Assembly (NCBI GenBank): GCA_963823665.1 | Contig: CAWGMQ010000006.1 | Location: forward strand, 1,790,865 to 1,822,864 | Direction of reading: 5' to 3' | Length of the DNA stretch: 32,000 nt | Source of the DNA: an uncultured Planctomycetota bacterium | GTDB taxonomy: Bacteria > Planctomycetota > Planctomycetia > Isosphaerales > Isosphaeraceae | Shown: in pieces, positions 26,474-32,000 of the stretch | Numbering within the stretch: the stretch's first letter is position 1 | Layout: each line of letters opens with the position of its first letter | The notes under the pieces: generated by a model | What the model was told of the DNA's origin: nothing | Database searches by the model: none | Seen by the model: the letters and a program-made list of their open reading frames with translations, nothing else | Made by a program: the position numbers and the translations under genes

Positions 26474-27046
26474 TCATCCTTGATTGTCCTCGCGGGGAGC
26501 ATGCCTTGCGGGCGGCCGTTCGGCGCACCTGGACGGGTTTAACGCCGCCGCGGCCATGCGTCGTTCGAGCACGGCGTGAAGACGGCTGACCGTTCGTAGC
26601 AAATCAGCTCGGTCAACTTCACTCAACTCATCGAATACCGTCGTCATTGCCCTGCAATGTTCTCCCCAAACCCGCTCGCCGACCTTGCTCCCTTCAGGAG
26701 TGGTTTCGATCACGGTGGCGCGCCGGTCGGTGCAATGGGCGACGCGCCGGACCAACCCCTCGTGCTCGAGCGCATCGACCAGCTTGGTAATGTTGCGGGC
26801 CGAGACGTCGAGCCTCACGCCCAGTTCGCTCATGATCATCGGCCCTTTGACGTGTAGCATGCCGATCAGCTTGAGCCGAGCGTAGCTAATCGATCCCTTC
26901 TCATACTTTAACTCGAGCCAACGCCTGAATAATGGCATGAGGCGCCCGAAGGCTTCAACGAGGGACTGGGAGTCGGACGTGCGGTCCGAGGAAGACCTTG
27001 ACATTTCAGACTCGACTCTCATAATACTGGACCGGTACAATATCAA
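26474..27046 (-). CDS. MarR-family transcriptional regulator
   Basis: SYARLKLIGMLHVKGPMIMSELGVRLDVSARNITKLVDALEHEGLVRRVAHCTDRRATVIETTPEG: winged-helix MarR pattern with DxR in the wing. Confidence 0.88.
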   Translation of the reverse strand: MILYRSSIMRVESEMSRSSSDRTSDSQSLVEAFGRLMPLFRRWLELKYEKGSISYARLKLIGMLHVKGPMIMSELGVRLDVSARNITKLVDALEHEGLVRRVAHCTDRRATVIETTPEGSKVGERVWGEHCRAMTTVFDELSEVDRADLLRTVSRLHAVLERRMAAAALNPSRCAERPPARHAPREDNQG

Positions 27047-27318
27047 CTCGGTAAGTAGATCGGTCGATATTATAAACCGGCGACAGGCCCCTGGACAGCA
27101 AAGCCCTCAACCGGCCCCGACAATAAGTCGGGCTCCAGGGCGGAGGCCGACACGGGGCCTGCACAGTAAAAACGAAGGCGACGACATGGATGCGATGCTC
27201 CGGATGCTGTTGGGATCTCACCGTTGGGACGTCGCCCAACGTGAGTATCCGCGCGTTGATCGAGCCGTCGATCGGTCCAGCATCCCAGTCATGCCCAGAA
27301 CAATGAAGGCGCGAGAAA

Positions 27319-27597
27319 ATGGTGCTTTATCTCCTTTGGCTTCTCACACTTTCGGCACCCTTGATTGCTCTGGCGCTAACGGCCGGTTGCACACCCTTAC
27401 AGAGGACGGTTTCCGAAACGCGCTTCGTCGCGACGACCGCCAGCGATGCGACTGCTGCGGCGGCGCCACAAGAGGCCGCAGGGCAGTCTCGGAAGCGCGA
27501 GCACTCACGGGAGATCAAAATCTCGCACAGCGGAATTTGTCGATCATCGAAAGGGAAGGTCCACTCGATGAAGAATCGACCGTGGGCCGACGGGTAG
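27319..27597 (+). CDS. Possible short lipoprotein or its remnant
   Basis: MVLYLLWLLTLSAPLIALALTAGCTPLQ has a hydrophobic signal and lipobox-like LTAGC. Short, no recognised family. Confidence 0.3.
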   Translation: MVLYLLWLLTLSAPLIALALTAGCTPLQRTVSETRFVATTASDATAAAAPQEAAGQSRKREHSREIKISHSGICRSSKGKVHSMKNRPWADG

Positions 27598-27686
27598 ACC
27601 ACACCGCGTCGCCGTGACCGTTCGGCGGGCGGCGGCCATAAAACAAACGATTGGACCCTGATCGAGACTCTAGGGAAGGATTCTTC

Positions 27687-28670
27687 GTGCCCTCTACAGA
27701 ACTCAGCCGCCGATTGTCGCGTCAAGAACGCTTGATCTTGCTTGTCCTGGCCACAGTGCAGTTCACGTCGATCGTCGACTTCATGGTGATCATGCCGCTG
27801 GCACCTCAGCTCAAGCGGGCGATCGGCCTGACGACGGACCGATTTGCCTTGGTGGTGGCGGCCTACACCATCGCGGCAGGATTGGCCGGTCTCGATTTCG
27901 ACGGTCTTCCTGGACCGGTTCGCGCGGAAACCGACGTACCTGGTGCTTTTCGCCGGGTTTCTGATCGGGACGCTCGCCTGCGGCATCGCTCCCGACTTCG
28001 TCAGCCTGTTGGCGGCCCGGCCACTGACCGGCGCGTTCGGCGGAATCTTGGGTGGCATGGCGATGACGATCATCGGCGATGTCTTCCCCGAGAATCGCCG
28101 TGGAACGGCCACCGGCATCCTGATGGTATCGTTCTCGATCGCCTCGGTCCTCGGAGTACCGATCGGCCTGACGCTCGGGCAGGAGTATGGTTGGCACATC
28201 CCGTTCCTTGTCCTCGCGGCGCTTTGCGTCCCCTTCTTCATCCTGGCAGCTCGGGTGTTGCCCCGACTGGAATGATCACCTCGAGTGTCGTCCCGCGCCT
28301 TCGGGGCGGCTTCATGGGTGCCAACTCGGCCATTCAACATCTCTCCTCGAGCCTCGGGGTCATCGTCGCCGGTTTCATCCTGTTCGAGCCCAAGAATGGG
28401 CCGATCGAGCACTTCCCCGTCGTCGGCCTGATGGCTGCCATCGTCTCGCTCTCGACCTTGTGGCTTGCCGGCCGACTTCGGGTGGAGGGTGTTGCCGCGG
28501 ACGAAGCGGCCGTGGAACCGGTGAAGTCTCAGCTTTCGGTAGCGCACGGACAGGAGGAAGTGCTAAAACCAGCCGTAACAACAAGAGTCGTCTTGTCTCG
28601 GGAGGACCAGGTCGCCGATCTCGGCCCGCACCGGATAGACGGAGCAGGAGGAATCGGCCATGCGCTTTGA
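27687..28670 (+). pseudogene. MFS transporter, decayed (frameshifts plus internal deletion)
   Basis: LVLATVQFTSIVDFMVIMPLAPQLKRAIGLTTDRFALVVAAYTIAAGLAG in one frame. VFLDRFARKPTYLVLFAGFLIGTLACGIAPDFVSLLAARPLTGAFGGILGGMAMTIIGDVFPENRRGTATGILMVSFSIASVLGVPIGLTLG in a second. MITSSVVPRLRGGFMGANSAIQHLSSSLGVIVAGFILF back in the first. The central transmembrane segments are missing. Confidence 0.85.
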
Positions 28671-29298
28671 TCACATGCACTCTGCGGAATTCCTGGAACT
28701 GTGCTCACAGATTTCCACTGACGCCGATCGAGGATGACGGTTCGTACCGGGCTGCCGATCGGGATCCTCGATCGTCTCTTCGAACTTGATGACCTGCGGA
28801 CTCCGGCCGAGCTGGAGTATTTCCGGACATTCACGCAATTTCGCTGCTGATATGAATGAAATCCGATTCGACGCCCGCCAGCGTTGTTTCCTTCGCCGCA
28901 CGGCGAGCGACGAGCACTGGTCTCCGGCTCGTCTTAACGCCGGCGGTCGGGAGACCATGTCACCGGGACCGAGACCATCCACAAGGCGGCCAGAGGCGGC
29001 CGAAACGGTCGATCCAGCTCGGGCTCGGGATACCAGCGGCGACCGTTGCGATCAGGCGTACCCGGCCAGCGGCGCAACGGCGGTGACCAACACCACTCGG
29101 AGGCTGATGACGATGATTCGCCCGGCGAGCCCAGGAACGCCAGGAAGGCGAAGGGCAGAGAGGCCAGGAAACGTCGCGAGGCCGGGCACAGGCGGCGAAT
29201 GCCAGCTGGCCGATCAGCGAACGCAACGGAGACGCGGCGATTCAGTCGCATGATCGCGAAGGCCGGCAGCAGGAAGAAGAGGAAGCAGAGCTCGATGA

Positions 29299-29598
29299 TC
29301 ATCGAGATGCTGTTGCAGAGTTTAGGGAGTTACCGAAATTGCAGAAATAGTCGACCGGGACCGAGCGGATTCTGAATGCGAGCGAGAAGGGGCGGGCCGG
29401 GCCAACGCGGCCCCAGCACAACGCGATGATGAGGATCATGGCATCGCCCACCCTGAACGGGCGCCGCTGTCTGTGGTCGATGCCGGTGACTGTCGGGTGC
29501 TGCATCGATCGGTCCTTCTCCCCGTTCGTTGTCGGCGTGCGTCGTCTCGCCAGATAAGCCAATGGCCGCTCGCCCAGGGCGTAGGCTGCCACGTGCAC
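29299..29598 (-). CDS. Hypothetical small protein, possibly a remnant
   Basis: RRPFRVGDAMILIIALCWG resembles the (R)RxFRLxDAMxLIAA-type segment I associate with small planctomycete membrane proteins. No other support. Confidence 0.22.
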   Translation of the reverse strand: MHVAAYALGERPLAYLARRRTPTTNGEKDRSMQHPTVTGIDHRQRRPFRVGDAMILIIALCWGRVGPARPFSLAFRIRSVPVDYFCNFGNSLNSATASR

Positions 29599-30726
29599 TC
29601 AGCTCGGCACCCGAAAGATGTCCGCGACCACGTTTCACCTGCTAGTATCTTTTGCGGCAGGTTGTGTCTGTTGAATGAGTTAGTGAAATATGGATGAAGC
29701 CTTGTTCTTCAGTTGGTGATGACAAGCTTGCCTTTTGTGAAGGCCAACGACTGAATTGCCGAAACCGTCGCCCAGGAAGAGGGAGCCCGTTGCCGCCTAC
29801 CTGTTCGTGTTTTCCATTGCGAGCATTGATCGCTCTGGGTGTATTGCTCCTGGATATCAGATCATCGTGTTCCCGTGGCGTGGACTCGAACGGCTGTGGA
29901 CTCGACACTTGGGCCGGGCGCAACCAGCCGAGGTTTTGTAGGTCCGGCCCTGTTGCGGTTCGGCTCGAAGCGCTCGAAGGATGGAGGTGGTTGATGACCG
30001 TCGATGACAACGGACGACTGTCCGCAACCCGTTCAACCGCCATGCACGAGATGACAAGTGCGGAAGATGCCGAGATCCAGCACTACGGCGACTCGAATTT
30101 TCGGATGTCGCGCTGTCACGGCCGATCTCATCGTGGAAGCCGGTGCAGGCCGACCTCGTCCAGCGCCGGCAGCTTCCGGATCGGCTGATCGAGGTGCTTC
30201 CACGTCGGCGAAGACGAGCTCGACACGTATCTTCTGGAAATTGCCCTTACCCCGAAGCACGTGTGCGAGTGAGGTAATGGACGACATCGCATCTTCGTCG
30301 CTGGGCGACATCTACTCCGGAGGTCGTGGTCCTATTCCTCTACCCCAAGGGAAATGTCTTGCCGGCGGAAACCATCAAGTTGAAGAGCCGCCAGGGCTCT
30401 ACGACATCGGATGCGTCATCGCACATCGTCAAGCTGTCGGAAGTGCCGGTTGGCGAGCTTCTGGCGACCGGCGATATGGGTGTAGTCCGTGGGTACGGCT
30501 GGCGAGATTCGGATGGACCGCCTGAGCCGATCATCCGCGAATGCCGAGCTCGCATCGACAAAGTCGGCTCGCGCCGTCGAGAAGGAATATCTACTCGCAG
30601 TGACTGCTCAATTCCTGGCACGCTTTCGGATAATACGGGGCAGATGCTTCGAGATCCTGGGAGGGCGGAAAGGAGTTGATCGAGTCGCCGCTGCTCAAGG
30701 ACTCGAGAAGAATGGACCCGAAGAGG

Positions 30727-30832
30727 GAGAAGCGCAAAGGGAAGCGCGAAGGGAAACACAAAGGAAAGCACAAAGGGAAGCGCGAAGGGAAGCGGAAGGG
30801 AAGCACGAGAAGGGGAAACGCGAAGGGGAAAT
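30727..30832 (+). repeat. Imperfect 12-bp tandem repeat (consensus GGGAAGCGCGAA), about 9 units
   Basis: gagaagcgcaaa gggaagcgcgaa gggaaacacaaa ggaaagcacaaa gggaagcgcgaa, then slightly irregular units. In one frame it reads REARRETQRKAQREARREAEGK. Confidence 0.8.
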
Positions 30833-32000
30833 CGGATTGCTCATGACGTTCTTGATACAGCAGTTGGCACCCAAGCTCGTCGCTCAAGACGGAGATCACG
30901 GCGATCGCCGATGACGCGCGGTTGAAAGACTTGATCGAGCATGCCGCCACGTGCCGGAGCCTGGCGACGTTTCGCAGAAGCTCACGTCATGATGCGCCTG
31001 TCGGCTCGGCGGAGATGTCTTCTGAGCGCTCTCAGCTTGTGGCCAAACGTAGGCGTCCCTGTTTCCGTCCCCTGTTTCCCGTCCCATGAAATCAATCACC
31101 GCAACGAATTATCAGAAAACCAAATTTTATCCCGCGGTCGCCGGGGCCGTGCGGAAATCCTCCAAACGACAAATCGTGGCTCACTCCGGTCGAGTTGCTG
31201 TGCGACTCAGCGGATCACGAAAGCGCAGTGCGAGGGTTTGCGGTATCGGACGCATCCCCTATGTGGAGAGCATCTCGTCGGGAACCTCTCCAAGCTCTCC
31301 GTCATCCTGCGGCTTCTTGACTACCACGCCCAAGACTATGCGGATTGAAGACCGTCGCAAACCATATATCATAAATGGGGCGCGCGGTGGTTGAAACGTG
31401 CTCGTGCTTCGTTCTTCGAAAGCAGGTGCACCGGCGCTGAAGGCGTGCGTACGCCCGGCACTACGTGCCGGCGACGCACCGGCTGAAGAAGGCGACGGCG
31501 ATCAAGCTCGTGGCGGCCTGCTCGCGTCGAAGCGTCGTGCAGGATCGCTCTGACCCAAGGGCACCCATCGCGAAGCCGAGGTGGTGAAGAGTCGCGGCGT
31601 GGAGATCGGTGATTGACGATGGCTGCGGTAGGCGTCCGCGAGAAGTTGGACGAGTCCTGTCGTCAGCGAGAAACCAACAACGCGGCCACCCTGGCGAGCG
31701 GCGCATTCGTTTCCATGATTGAAATTCCGGGAGTGTTGGAAGAAAAGGCCGTCCGGACGACATACAAGGACAGCCTTGTACGCGAGGATGAGATTGGACG
31801 CCGGTAAAGGATCATCACAATGTCGATGCTGAGGAATTCGCGGGCGACGCCAGCCTTGCAATGCTGTCTCCACTTCGGCGCAACCGGTGCCCTGGCGAGC
31901 GACCTTGAGCTGCTGCGCACGGTTCCGGCAGGACGACCGCGACGTATCCGAGGCGGCGCCTTGCCGCGCTCGTCGCCCGACATGGCCGGATGGTCCAAGG

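Noticed and set aside
27327-28547. 406-aa minus ORF
   Set aside because: Antisense of recognisable MFS helices and lacks a domain of its own.
30326-30679. VLFLYPKGNV peptide considered as a peroxiredoxin start
   Set aside because: The match is limited to a few residues and lacks the catalytic Cys context.
31461-31998. Overlapping minus ORFs considered as a transposase remnant
   Set aside because: No DDE, HTH or other transposase motif could be read; left unassigned pending BLASTX.

Overview
High-GC window that looks like a planctomycete (Isosphaeraceae-like) chromosome. It is built from repeatedly duplicated and partly decayed modules. The basic layout is a minus-strand pair (TPR-sulfotransferase followed by a beta-helix/IPT-TIG surface protein) diverging from a plus-strand pair (ECF-like sigma factor, ATGA-overlapped with a Ser/Thr kinase carrying a WD40 and sometimes TPR C-terminus). 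Locus 1 (1-6235) has an intact surface protein with 258-bp IPT/TIG-like repeats, missed by the ORF track because it runs off the window, an intact TPR-sulfotransferase, and an internally deleted sigma fragment. A PEP-CTERM protein follows, then a complete sigma gene with a kinase-WD40 gene split by an apparent 1-nt frameshift. Locus 2 (14975-26308) holds a sigma gene whose partner kinase is truncated after 25 codons and replaced by a low-GC methyltransferase, a chimeric WD40/TPR tail with internal deletions, a decayed surface protein fused to a TPR-sulfotransferase lacking its sulfotransferase domain, and a second sigma/kinase-WD40-TPR pair, also frameshifted. The most interesting gene is the 790-aa minus-strand fusion (11990-14362) of a class III aminotransferase with a domain resembling cyanobacterial acyl-ACP reductase, including its Cys-containing ACxAExMLL motif. 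It could be a one-polypeptide route from acyl thioester through aldehyde to primary amine. The right end has a MarR-family regulator, a decayed MFS transporter and poorly resolved sequence. No RNA genes, CRISPR arrays or convincing transposases were recognised. All calls come from reading the sequence; no database search was run.
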